The position numbers and the translations under genes were made by a program. The notes under the pieces are model-generated. The model ran no database searches. It saw nothing but the letters and a program-made list of their open reading frames with translations, and was not told where the DNA came from. This document shows positions 35,497 through 46,900 of a DNA stretch of 64,000 nt, piece after piece. Every line of letters begins with the position of its first letter. Positions within the stretch are counted from its first letter, which is position 1. The DNA is taken from contig NC_044034.1 in the NCBI RefSeq assembly GCF_901765095.1, positions 62,626,339 to 62,690,338 on the forward strand, in the 5' to 3' direction. Origin of the DNA: Microcaecilia unicolor. Its lineage: Eukaryota.

Positions 35497-37050
35497 TTTT
35501 TTTTATTATTATTTTTATTGAATTTACAATTTTACAAGCATACACTTGAATCAAGCAATATCGAGCTAATATTTTTCCAATCATAATATTTGAACAATTA
35601 AAGAAAGGAATTAATATAAAGAATTTCCTAAATTATTCCAGGTATTACTTAAAGTAAATATAGCTCAGCCTCAGACCACTATTAATAGTAGAGGGCTGTA
35701 AAAATAATAGGAGAACAAAAAGAAGCATTTATTTATAGGAAATATGGCCTGGTCAATTGCACATCGTTTCTCATTAATACAACTTACGATGGAAATTTAT
35801 TTGGTTAAACTTTTCTGATCCAGGAAAAATTTGAGCTGATCAGGCTCGATGAAGACATACTTATTATTCATATAATAAACAATACATTTGCAAGGATATG
35901 TCAACATGAACTTTGCTCCTATAGCTTTAGTCCTTTCTCTTAAAGCCAAGAATAATTTTTGTCTGTCCTGAGTTGTTTTAGTCACATCAGGATATATCCA
36001 TATCCTGGCCCCACAGAAAAAAGTCAAAGCATTTTTAAAGTACATTTTCATCAGGGAATTCAAGTCCTGTTCGAAGACAAATGAAACCAGGACAGATCTT
36101 CGAGTCTTTATATCTGATAGTGACTGTTCTAAAATTGTAGAAATATCCAGGGGTTCTTTCTCTTGTTCTTGCTCTAAAGAAACTACATTTTTCTCATCTT
36201 CCACTGATTTTATTGAATTTGGTAAGTAATAAATCTTATTAATTGGAGGCAACAAGGAAGATGAGTAATGAAGTATTTCAATGAGGTATTTCTTAAAAAG
36301 TTCAAGAGTGGAGATTCCAGAAACAACTGGGAAATTCAGTATTCTCAGATTCAATCTCCTATTATAATTTTCAATCTGATCAATTTTTCGGTTTATTATC
36401 ATATTATCTTTCATCACTGCTGTTGTCATTGATTTGAAATTTATTAAGTCCGTTTGGACCTGAGATATTTGAGATGTCGAGTCACTTTTCAACTGTTCAA
36501 ACGCAGTAGATAAGGAGTCAAGTTTACTCACTATTGAAGCAGTCTCTAAAGCTGTCTTCCTCGAAGCCAAAGTCAGTTCTTGAATCGCTTCCCAAATCAA
36601 TTCCAACGTCACCACCTGGGGAACTTTCCGTTCCCAGCTTGTTGTCTCAGCTTCTCGGGGCCAGCTACCGCCGAACGAGGAGTCGTGATCGCCGGTTTTC
36701 GCGGCTCCTTCAGCTCACCCTTTTCAAAAGCTGGTCGCGGTGGAGGGTTGATTTCTGGCGGAGACAAAGATGTTTCAAACCCTTGGGGCGTCGATGCTCC
36801 TTCATCGGCGGCCCCTGCAGGGGTTACCACGCCAGCTTCCGGTGCTCGACTCGTTGTGAAGCGGTCTATCGTTAGCTGTACCGGTGAAGATGTAAGACTC
36901 ATCGACGGTTGAATTCTTACCAGACCTTTTCTCTTGGTATGTGGCATTATTTCATTTGTATAATTTCAAAAAGATTAAGAGACCAGCCAAACGCGACCTG
37001 ATCACACACGAGTCGTGACCGCCATTTTGACACGCCCCCCTGTAAAAGGT
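35497..37050 (-). mobile_element. ORF1-only L1-derived retroposed unit (HAL1-like): short 5'UTR, L1 ORF1p-like ORF with one frameshift, 3'UTR, A-rich tail
   Basis: ORFs 36609..36947 and 35797..36615 have a coiled-coil region plus 'ENYNRRLNLRILNFP...' (L1 ORF1p RRM motif). The A-rich 3' tail reads 'ttttttttattattatttttatt' on the plus strand at 35497-35520. A 16-bp target-site duplication flanks the unit. Confidence 0.6.
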
Positions 37051-37066
37051 GTGCCCCGCCTTCTTC
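37051..37066. repeat. target-site duplication, right copy ('gtgccccgccttcttc')
   Basis: Identical to 35481-35496. Confidence 0.7.
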
Positions 37067-38212
37067 TGACATCATTTCCTTGAGGGTGGGACACAGAGGG
37101 AACAAATGAGCGAAGGGAAGGCTGGTGTAGAGACGTCAAACAGGCAGCGCTTTCACTGACGCGCAGATGTCGGAGGCGGAGCGAGGTAAATTTAAAGCGC
37201 CGGGGAATCGGGGATGGAGCGGAGGAGTAAGGTTTTTTTTTAAAAATACAACTCGATGGCGCGGCGCCCTTGAAGGCAGGCGCCCCCCTGCGGCACTTAC
37301 CGTGTTGGCACAGCCCTATCCTTCCCCATCCATCATTCCTCTCATTCTTCCTGCCTGCCTGCCTCCCTCCCTGTCCATGTGGTCTAGCATCTCTTCCTCT
37401 TTCCCCCTCTCTCCTTCACTTGGAGGTCCATCAATTCTCTGTTTCTTCCCTTGGGTCCATTAATTCTCCCTCTCTCCCTCCATTCCCCCCCCCCCCCCTT
37501 TTAATGCACCTCTCCCTATCTCCCGGGGTACTTGTTGCTTGCTTGGAGCTTCTGTACTGCTGTGACTCCCCCCCCTCCATATAAATGGGAAGTCGCATCA
37601 GAGGAGTGGGTTGTGGCAGAGGAGAGGCTCTGAGCAGGCCTCAAGCAGCATATGGCAAGTGCTGCCACTGCCGGGGACCCCCTGAGAGACACAGTGTAAG
37701 ATAGACTGAGGGGGGAAGCTGGATTGTAGAAGAGACAGGGAGAAATGCTGGGTGGAGAGGAGATAATAGCATGGTGGAAATACTAGTCCCTCAGACACTG
37801 CCCTGTTGCCCAAGTGGTCATTTTGTCCCCTGATGCATGGTAACTTTTTCTTTATAAAAATCATTGCTTTTCATTTTTCCTCCTAAATTTTTTATTTCCC
37901 ACCATATTGTGGACTGAGAGAGTATTATATCTGGATTGTTTTTTGTTTTATTTATCTTACAGATTTTCTTTTTCTTTTTTTCTCTCATTTCTGCATCAAG
38001 ATTTTTGCTTGTAAAATTTTCATTATACTACATAAATAAAAAAAAATTATTATATGTAACCATTTCAAAATTAATTTTCAAGACTCCGCTTGATACAGAA
38101 ATACATTGGGAAAAAAAACACATTTTTTTTTTACGTGAGAGAAAATCATGTATTTGACAAGGAGCCATAAAGAATTTGATCCTTTTTAAAAATAACATTT
38201 AATATAACTCTT

Positions 38213-38626
38213 AGGGGCCCTTTTACCAAACTACGGTAAAAAGTGGCCTTAGCGCTTGCTTACGCGGGTTATTCTTGTGCTCTAAGGACATTTTTACCAC
38301 ATGGATAAAATCTCCAAGTTTTCTATTTTTTAAATTAATGGCCACACACTAATTTTCCCATTTGCGCGTGTGCCCACCACTGCTTATTTTGTAGGCAGTA
38401 AAGATTCATATGTTAACCACGCACTAATTGGTTAGTGCACAGCAACGTAGCTGTGCTAACTGATTATCACAGTACATGTGTACTCTCCGCCCTTGACCTG
38501 CCCCCAGCACACACAGATGCCAGTATTACCGCAGAACACCTGAGCGCACCCCGCAGTAAGGCATTTTAAGCTGCAGTAAGTATGCATTAGTGCTTACCAC
38601 TGCTTAGTAAAAGGACCCCTTAAAAT
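38213..38626. mobile_element. Harbinger/PIF-type MITE, copy 1 (TIR 'GGGGCCCTTTTACTAAG'; TTA target-site duplication)
   Basis: 'cTTAggggcccttttaccaa...cttagtaaaaggaccccTTAaa'. The terminal inverted repeats and flanking TTA are seen directly. Confidence 0.55.
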
Positions 38627-38631
38627 GTTAT

Positions 38632-39025
38632 GGGGCCCTTTTACTAAGGCATATAGGCGCCTACACGCGTCCAACGCACGTCAATTTTGAACTACCGCAT
38701 GTCCCAGGTGGTAATTACATTTTTTACAGACGGCAGAAAATATTTTTTATTTTCTACCGTGTGGTGCTAACCAGATGGTAATCGGTAGTGTACGCACACT
38801 AACGATTACCGCCCAGTTAACACATGAGACCTTATCGCTAAGTCAGTGGGTGGTGGTAAGGTCTCTGGCCCCAAATTTTGTCACATGTCCATTTTTGGCT
38901 AACCAAAAAAAAAAAGGCCTTTTTTTTTTTTTTGCAGGTGTGCTGAAAAATGGACCTGCATTTGTCCAATACACTCATCTACACCAGTGCAGGCCATTTT
39001 TAAATGCACCTTAGTAAAAGGACCG
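38632..39025. mobile_element. Harbinger/PIF-type MITE, copy 2, in tandem with copy 1
   Basis: 'gTTAtggggcccttttactaagg...ccttagtaaaaggaccgTTAta'. Confidence 0.55.
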
Positions 39026-39433
39026 TTATATAAGGTATTAAACTTGTAATAAAATATTCAGAATGGTGATATGGTAGACAAGAATTGAAAAAAAAAAAGA
39101 TTTAGTTTTTACTTTTATATAGTACAATATATGGTGTAAAAAAAAAAGACCCCCAGCATTTTTCCAAGTAACCCAAAAATGTCCAATTGTAGCAGATACT
39201 TCTGCCTGAAATTCAAGACATTTCTGAGTGGCTTATTTTTCAATAGGATGGAGCACCAGTGCATCAAGCTGGCAAAACAATTGAGCTCTTAATTAATGAA
39301 ACTGTAGAATTCATTGAGCCAACAGCTCAGGGTTATCGAAGACTTTGTGAACGTGTCAAGGTTGAAAGAGGACACTTTGAACACAAATTATGAATTAACT
39401 AAAAAAATTCATACTAATGTATTTTCGTACTCA

Positions 39434-39868
39434 GAGGCCCTTTTACTAAGTGGCACTATGCACTAGCATGTGCTTCTCGTACGCTAAAAGGCACTACCTC
39501 AGGACACGCTAGTTTTGGAATCGGTGTGCGCTACCCATGTGCTAAAAATAGGTTTTATCTTTTAGTGTGGGGGGGTGTGTTTAGAGGCGGAGAGTATGTG
39601 TGCCCTGTGCTAATCATGTAGCATGGGTAAATTGCTGCACACTGCACGATTAGCTCGGGGTTAGCACAGGAGCCCTTACCACCTAGTAAATAGGTGGCAG
39701 TAAGGGCTCTTGTACTAATTGAGAAATTAGAGCGTGACCATTAATGGAAAAAAGGAAATTGCAGCCATTTTACAGCCATGCTAAAAGTGGCCTCAGCACA
39801 TGGGACACCCACGCGCTAAAAATAGCGCAGGACACATTTTAGCGCAGTTTTGTAAAAGGGCCCCTAAG
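39434..39868. mobile_element. Harbinger/PIF-type MITE, copy 3
   Basis: 'gaggcccttttactaagtggcactatgcac...ttttgtaaaagggcccctaag'. Confidence 0.5.
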
Positions 39869-39971
39869 TGCTTAAACAATTGAAAGTATTTTGAAACTGG
39901 GTAAGGGGTCCAGTTTTTTCTGGAAACCATGTAAACATGCTCATGTATGAATATTGGTGCCATCTGAGAAA

Positions 39972-40155
39972 ATGGATGATTTTTGTCGTATTTCCTTACT
40001 ATGAAGGTTCAAGTAGCTTTCCAGTTGAAACGGTTTCAGGCAGAGGTGGTTTCCCAAGCTCTAATATGGAATTCAAATTGCCCTGGGTGCAGGCAGCTGT
40101 GTCACAGACATTTGGAAGTATTGGTGCCAGTGAACAGTCACAACCATTTTCTGTG
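39972..40155 (+). other. diverged third copy of the exon-a-like segment; original ATG frame disrupted
   Basis: Homologous to 9665-9850 and 21000-21188 ('atggatgatttttgtcgtatttcc...'). The MDD frame hits TGA after 10 codons. The FG frame stays open: '...SSSFPVETVSGRGGFPSSNMEFKLPWVQAAVSQTFGSIGASEQSQPFSV'. Donor 'GTG|gtaagtaaa' is conserved. Confidence 0.25.
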
Positions 40156-40724
40156 GTAAGTAAATGCAAATTTATACGAACCGTAATTTAGATGATAAGA
40201 GCATTGGGCCGAGAACTAGGGGAAGTTAAGGGTTTGGATATCATTTCTTTCACCATTCTGTTCATGATCCTCCATTGCCTTAGACAACTGTAAACTCTCT
40301 AGGGCAAGGCAGCTGTCCAGTGTACTTGATTGCAATTTGTTACACTTGTATTTGGAAGGTGAGCAGTAGATTTGAAAGGAGAACAATTAACAATTCTTTT
40401 ACTCCCACTTCCTCAAGGTATGGATCACCTTCCTACTTCTGCTTCCTGGAGCTACAGAGCATCTATTAATCTAATCTATGCCCATGCTTTTTTTGTCCAC
40501 TTAATCCCTGCATAGGTCCTCAGTGTTTCACAATCAGGAAAACCAATGTAATCATTGTGAAATTACAGGCATTAACTGATACAAATATTAAACAATATAA
40601 TAATCATCGAATTTAAATATTTTCTTAAGAGAAATGTTTTTAAATGCTTCTAAAATATAAGTGGGTAGGGTTACTGTATCTTACATATCTTTATGGTCCA
40701 TCTTTGCTTACAACAGGGGTGTCC

Positions 40725-40890
40725 AACCTTGGTCCTCACCAGGTCAGATTTTCAGGATTTCCCTATTGAATATGCATAAGTTCCATTTGCATACAATGGG
40801 TTCATGCAGATATATCTTATACATAGTCATTGGGGAAATCCTGAAAACCCAACTGGATTACAGCCCTCAAGGACCAAGGTTGGACAACCC
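40725..40890. mobile_element. palindromic MITE (longer variant of the 9950 family)
   Basis: 'cagggttgtccaaccttggtcctcaccaggtcagattttcaggatttccc...gggaaatcctgaaaacccaactggattacagccctcaaggaccaaggttggacaaccctg'. Confidence 0.5.
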
Positions 40891-40939
40891 TGGCTTACAC
40901 CCTATGCTGTCTATTAAAATGTTTTATTATATATTGTGT

Positions 40940-41260
40940 TGACATTGTAAGTAGTATACTATCCTGCTTATAATCGAAAGAGAAAAACGCCTATATTGCG
41001 ACCCAAATTGGGAGATGGGCGTTTTTCTCGCAAAGGCACCCAAATCGGTATAATCGAAAGCCGATTTTGGGCGTTTCCAACTGCACTCCGACGCGGAAAC
41101 GAATAAAGTTGATGGGGGCATGTCGGAGGCGGGACTGGGGCGTGGTTAGCAGCCGAGGAGAGATGGGTGTCTTTAGCTGATAATCGAAAAAAAGGCGTTT
41201 TTACCGTGATTTTGGGTCCCTTTTTTTCACGACTAGATCCCAAAAAAGTGCCCCAACTGA
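40940..41260. repeat. unclassified repeat with 'ataatcgaaag' direct repeats and 'gggcgttttt' motifs (related piece at 42280-42370)
   Basis: 'ataatcgaaag' occurs three times. 'gggcgtttttctcgcaaagg' and 'gggcgtttttagtttcc...aaacgcccagctcaaaaatg' recur. Confidence 0.3.
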
Positions 41261-43311
41261 CCAGATGACCACTGGAGGGAATCGAGGATGACCTCCCCGG
41301 ACTCCCCCAGTGGTCACTAACCCCCTCCCACCAAACAAAACCACTTTACAAACTTTTTTTCCAGCCTGTATGCCACCCTCAAATGCCGTACCCACCTCCA
41401 TGACAGCAGAATATGTTCGATCCTCTCACAGCCTTTCCCTGGGTCAGATGTGGCTCTCGGGTGCACTACAGGGTCACATCAGCATTGCATTGTGGTGGGT
41501 GTAGGGTATTGGGCTCCGTGATTTCATTAGCTTGTGTTAGAGTCTCACGATGTTGGTAGTTGGTAGGCTCTTCTCCCATGGTGCTTTTCCCCCTGCCTAC
41601 TGGGTCAGAGTGTGCCCTGTTGTGTTTCCGGTAGTCCATGAGGTAGTGGCCATTTTTGTTAGCCAGTTTTAGATCCCTTCCATGTGTTAGCCACGTTAGA
41701 GAACTTAGTTCTTACCTTGAATGTGGCTGAAAGAGGGCATTGTACAGCATTCTGCCAGCTCTGACCTGCTAATCTCACTACCAGGGAGACTCATTGCCAG
41801 TGGTGGGGCACAACCTCTGATCTGCAGTTTAACTGTGAGTAAGCGTGCTTATTCCAATAAAGGACGTTTTCAGAGAGATTAGTCTTCAGGTGTAAACTGG
41901 TGTGCCAATGTTATACTGCAGTAACAAGTCCTAGAGGCCTGCGTGTATGCAGGTCCGTGGAGCACTTTTAGTGGGTACCGCAGTGCACTTCAGCCAGGTG
42001 GACCCAGGCCCATCCCCTCCCCCACCTGTAACACGTGTGCTGGTAAATGGGAGGCCTCCAAAACCCACTGTACCCACATGTAGGTGCCCCCTTCACCCCT
42101 AAGAGCTATGATAGTGTTGTACATTTGTGGGTAGTGGGTTTTGGGGGAGGGGGGTTGGGAGCTCAGCACCTGTGGTAAGGGAGCTATGAATGTGGGAGCT
42201 TTTTCTGAAGTCCACCGCACTGATCTAGGGTGCCCAGTTGGTGTCCTGGCATATCTGGCCCCTCCCACGACCAAATGGCTCGGATTGGGACGTTTTTGAG
42301 CTGGGCGTTTTTAGTTTCCATTATTGCTAAAAAAGCAAACGCCCAGCTCAAAAATGTCCATTTTTTTCAAAAATACGGTTTGATTATGCCCCTCCACATC
42401 ATACTTTGTATTATTTGAATATTTTTACTGCTCTAATTCTCTACTGCTTATGTTTGACTTTTTCTTGATGTACACTGCCTTGAGTAAATTCTTTAAAAAG
42501 GCAGTAAATAAATCTAAAATCCAAATTCAACAATTGGGTAAAACAATTGGGTACAACTGAATGTTTTTTGTTTTGTTTTCTTCCCATTTCTCCCTAAGAT
42601 AAATATCCCTTTGGTGACTAGAGTGAGAATTTTGATTGTGGCATGAACTGTGTTTGGTTTACTGATGGTCAGAAACAATATAATTCAGTAAATCGTCTGT
42701 ACCAAAGACATAAGAACATAAGCATTGCCATATTGGGACAGGCTGAAGGTCCAAGTCCAGTATGCTGTTTCCAACAGTGGCCAATCCAGGTCACAAGTAC
42801 CTGGCAAGATCCCAAAACAGTAAAACAGATTTTATGCTGTTTATCCTAGAAATAATCAAAAAATATAACAAAAAATGGCAACCCTCCACCACTTATAATT
42901 TGAACCATACACAACAAACTGTCAGTGGAGCAGCTCACACTTATTTATGTTTTAATGAGGGGATGTCTCATACTGTCACACAGGCACTTCTTTTTTGTGC
43001 TTCCTTAAAGCCTCAGCTTTAGTGACTCAGTTATAATCATCGACTACCCCCAACCACCGATAGTGCCGTCAACCACCTCAAAATCAGAGTTCTACAGTAA
43101 ATTAATCCATATTTCAACTGTGCTTATATAACAAAAAATTCTTCTTTGGTTCATATCATTTTTTTGTAAATTTTTATGCACTATCGTTTGTAGCGTATAT
43201 ACAGAGCTTAAACCCGTGCAGAAACAATGTTTATACTTGTTAAGCAGGATCAATGTTTAGACTTATCTGGCTGAAAAACCCCCTGCTGCTTTATATTCTG
43301 TAGCTCATCCT

Positions 43312-43806
43312 GTGGATTCAGCCGTCCTGCATTTCTTAGAACTCACTTGTCAGCATTCCATTAAACAGCCGGTGAATGCTTTGGACAGGAACCTGTTTCG
43401 CGGTGCCTCGCTTTGTCAAGGGAACTTGCATATACTTCACCAGCACGTTGGTGTTTTGATTGATAATTCTCTGTCATTGAAATGCCATATTTCCAGGATG
43501 GTACAAAAATCGTTTGTCTTTTTTGGAAGATCAGGTCTATGAAACCATATTTAGAACCCAGTGCTGATTCATGGACTGATTCTTAATCAATTAGATTACT
43601 GTAATGCCTTATTTGTTAATGTGCCTCTTTACTCACTTAGGCATTTACAGCTCGTTCAGAAATTGATTTACAATTCTAATAAAAATATGATCATTTGTCA
43701 TCTCTTTTATTTGAACAACATTGGTTACGTGTTCAATATAGGATGCATTATAAAATACTATTTCTTGTACATAAATACTTTTTTCTGGTCTCCCTTTGTA
43801 TCTTAA
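43312..43806 (+). mobile_element. fragment encoding the conserved TE-associated 'LDYCN...LQLVQ' motif region
   Basis: ORF 43561..43806 has 'LILNQLDYCNALFVNVPLYSLRHLQLVQK', the same motif family as minus-strand ORF 4463..4939. Confidence 0.35.
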
Positions 43807-45311
43807 TTCTTTGCTAGTTCTTTATCAACCATAAAGATCATTATGTTTTGCGGGTAGTAACCAATTTGTTATACCTTCTCTACGAAAACATGTCCTTGTC
43901 TCTTCCCAGTAAACAGCTTTTTGTTGTGTCGCACCTACCCTTAGGAATTCTCTTCCTGTGGATATCTGCTATGAATTTTCTTTACTTAAATTTAAAGTGC
44001 TCTTAGATACCTGGCTATTTGGCCAGGCTTTCTCAGAATTTGTAGTTTGAGATCTTGGATTTTTTTCCTTTTTTTTTTTATATCCCCCTCTTGTAGGGAG
44101 CTGGGTAGCTCCCCTGGTAGGCCTTACCTGGCTACCTTTGGGGATAAACACAACCAACAATATCAGGTATACAACATAGGCAATTTTATTGTATGGCAGA
44201 AAGAATATCATAGATAATACAATAAATGTAAGGTACTTACAGTACAGGAGAATAATCTGGCAAAGACAATGAAATAATATTGTTAGCTGAGGAGAAAGTT
44301 CTTTCTCAGATACTGGCTGCAAAGCACTGCTCAGGGACTGCGTCAGGTACTTTCCCAAATTTGTCTTGTGCAGTTCATTATATACGTAGGTTATCTTAGA
44401 ATAGTTTAAACACATGCTTCTGTGCTTTTGCTACATCAGCAGGAAACTAATCAGGCTGCAGAAACATAAGGATGTCAGATATATCTATTATGCCCCTGGT
44501 ACACATTGTCTGTTTAGCAAAAGGTGGTATCGTGTGTGTCACTATGGATCCTCATGGGAGCTGGGTGAGGCCAGCTGCAATGAGTTATATGTACTGACTT
44601 GCTTAGGCTATCAGATTGTGTACGTACAAGGTCATGAATAGTTCAGGGTTCTTACACAGTATTGCTAACTGTACAGGTATTATGGTGGAGGGCTATCACT
44701 CTGTATTCTTTTCTGGTTTTTTAAAAATGTTTAATTACTGTTGTGCTATTACATTTGTCTTAATCCCAGTGTTTCTTGTTTATTGATTATATATTCGAAT
44801 ATTGTCTGTATTGTTGTAGTATTATAGCTTTTAATGGATTTAAAATTTTATTTTGTTTTATATTCACATAATAGGTCACAATAGATTTACAATATACAGA
44901 GGTATGTTTCTATGTTGACATTGGACCTTAGGCACTGTTTCCTTGACTGTAGGGTTATTGCTATTCCTCAATGGGATGCTATATTTGCATCCAGCTTTAA
45001 CTTCACAAGTGGCTCAATCAAGGCGGTAAAGAATAAAAACAAAATCAGCAGAACATAATATAAATATTGTGAATTCTAACTTTTAAAATATTTGGCCTGT
45101 AATCCTACACTTGTGTTGCTCCCTTCCCAGTTAGCACATTTGAACAGCTCAGGGAACATTTCCTAGCCTGAAGTCCAGAGGGATGACTCCTTCACAAATC
45201 ATCTACAGCACTGCTTGATGATATCCCTCTCTGTATTCCGGTGGTGTGTCCAGCCCCAACTGGATCCAGGTTATTTATTGATAAGAGAATCACTCTATTG
45301 TTTATTTGCAG

Positions 45312-45446
45312 ATGGATCTTGATGGGCGTGAACTAAAGCAAGAAGTAAGAATGAAATTAATGGACCTAAAACTACTACTTCCTCCAAAGACATACAAGAT
45401 GAATTTTGCACCCAGTGTGACATCTTTACTTGCACTACAAAATCAG
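45312..45446 (+). other. candidate coding exon (135 nt, phase 0-0): 'MDLDGRELKQEVRMKLMDLKLLLPPKTYKMNFAPSVTSLLALQNQ'
   Basis: Acceptor 'gtttatttgcag|' and donor 'AATCAG|gtacag'. Single open frame. Confidence 0.3.
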
Positions 45447-45721
45447 GTACAGTGCTGAAGTCCACTTTTTTTATGTTGATTTTTAAAAAAAATCATCTTT
45501 ATTCAGTTTATAACAAAAAGAAGCACATATCAGTAAAGAAACAAAACAAAGTATGTATCCAAAAAGCAAATACCCCAACCCACCCCACCACCCAACCTCT
45601 ACTAACAGCTATTAGTGCATACCCATATGGTTTTTAACCATTACCATAATAAATATAGTTAATGGCAGGGCCGTAGCCACGGGTGGGCCTGGGGTTTTGG
45701 TTCAGGCCCACCCAGCAGTGG

Positions 45722-46060
45722 AGGCAGCAGGCTGAACTCCGATCCCGCATCTGCCTCCCTCTCTCTCACGGCAGCGCTTCCCAAACGCTGCCCACCGCCG
45801 CCACGATCGCAGGATTTACCTCCCTCCGTCTCAGCACTCAGCAGCAGTGGTAGCGAATCATACACGCTGCCTCCTTCTAACCCGGAAGCGGCAGAGGAGA
45901 CGCTTCCGGGTTAGAAGGAGGCAGCATGTATGATTCGCTACCGCTGCTGCTGAGTGCTGAGACGGAGGGAGGTAGATCCTGCGATCGTGGCGGTGGTGGG
46001 CAGTGTTTGGGAAGCGCTGCCGTGAGAGTGAGGGAGGCAGATGCGGGAACGGAGCTCTGC
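45722..46060. repeat. near-perfect long palindrome (~2 x 165 bp arms, centre ~45896)
   Basis: Left arm 'ggctgaactccgatcccgcatctgcctccctctctctcacggcagcgcttcccaaacgctgcccaccgccgccacgatcgcagg...' matches the reverse complement of 45900-46060 with only a few mismatches. It generates mirrored near-identical ORFs 45659..45865(-) and 45926..46162(+). Confidence 0.85.
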
Positions 46061-46109
46061 CTGCACTGTAAATTTTTTTTGGGGGGAGAAGAGGGCTCCG
46101 GGCGGGCAG

Positions 46110-46900
46110 GTGGAATCGCAGGACATGGATGGGAGCGGGAGGGGCGAGAGGATAATCGCTGATGGCTGGAGGGAGGGGACAGGGGAGAAAAGAGAATTGC
46201 TGGGTATGGTATAGATGGATAGAGGGGGGCAGGGGCAAGAACAGAATTGCTGGGTATGGCTGGATAGGGGCAGGGCAGAGAGGAGAATTGCTGGGTATGG
46301 TATAGATGGATAGAGGGGGGCAGGGGCAAGAACAGAATTGCTGGGTATGGCTGGATAGGGGCAGGGCAGAGAGGAGAATTGCTGGGTATGGTATAGATAG
46401 ATAGAGGGGGGCAGGGGCAAGAACAGAATTGCTGGGTATGGCTGGATAGGGGCAGGGCAGAGAGGAGAATTGCTGGGTATGGATGAATGGAGGGGGCAGG
46501 GGAGGGAAGAGAATTGCTGGGGATGGATGGATGGAGGGGACAAGGGGAGAGAGAAGAGAATTGCTGGGTATGGATGGTTAGAGGGGGCAGGGGAGAGAAA
46601 AGAATTGCTAGGTATGGATGGCTGGAGGGGAGAGGAGAGTTGCTGGACATGCGTGGATGGAGGGGAGGAAATAGGAGATAGGAAGGTTGCTGGACATGGG
46701 TGTATGAAGGGGAGGGCAGGGGAGAGGAGGGTTGCTGGACATGGATGGAGGGAAGGACAGGGGAGAGGAGGGTTGCTGGACATGGATGGAAGAGAGGGAA
46801 GGGAGAGAGAAGAAATGCTGGATATGGATGGAGGGAATGGAAGAGTGAGGAAGGAGATGAGATGAGGGAAAAGGAAGAGAGGAGAAAAACTGCACATGGA
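46110..46900. repeat. minisatellite (~45-50-bp units, first three as perfect 97-bp higher-order repeats)
   Basis: 'gagaattgctgggtatggtatagatggatagaggggggcaggggcaagaacagaattgctgggtatggctggataggggcagggcagagag' three times, then degenerating units '...gttgctggacatggatgga...'. ORFs 45877..47130, 45938..46897 and 46470..46865 are artefacts. Confidence 0.8.

Noticed and set aside
35140-37320. Interpreting the 170-bp inverted flanks as TIRs of a DNA transposon carrying an ORF1 gene
   Set aside because: The insert has its own perfect 16-bp target-site duplication and an A-rich 3' tail lying inside the inverted flanks. It is therefore a retroposition into a pre-existing palindrome, not a TIR-bounded element.
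45659-46162. Two ORFs on opposite strands encoding nearly identical 68- and 78-aa proteins ('MYDSLPLLLSAETEGG.SCDRGGGGQ.LGSAAVR')
   Set aside because: They are a direct consequence of the near-perfect palindrome: the same sequence is read from each arm. No independent evidence of coding.
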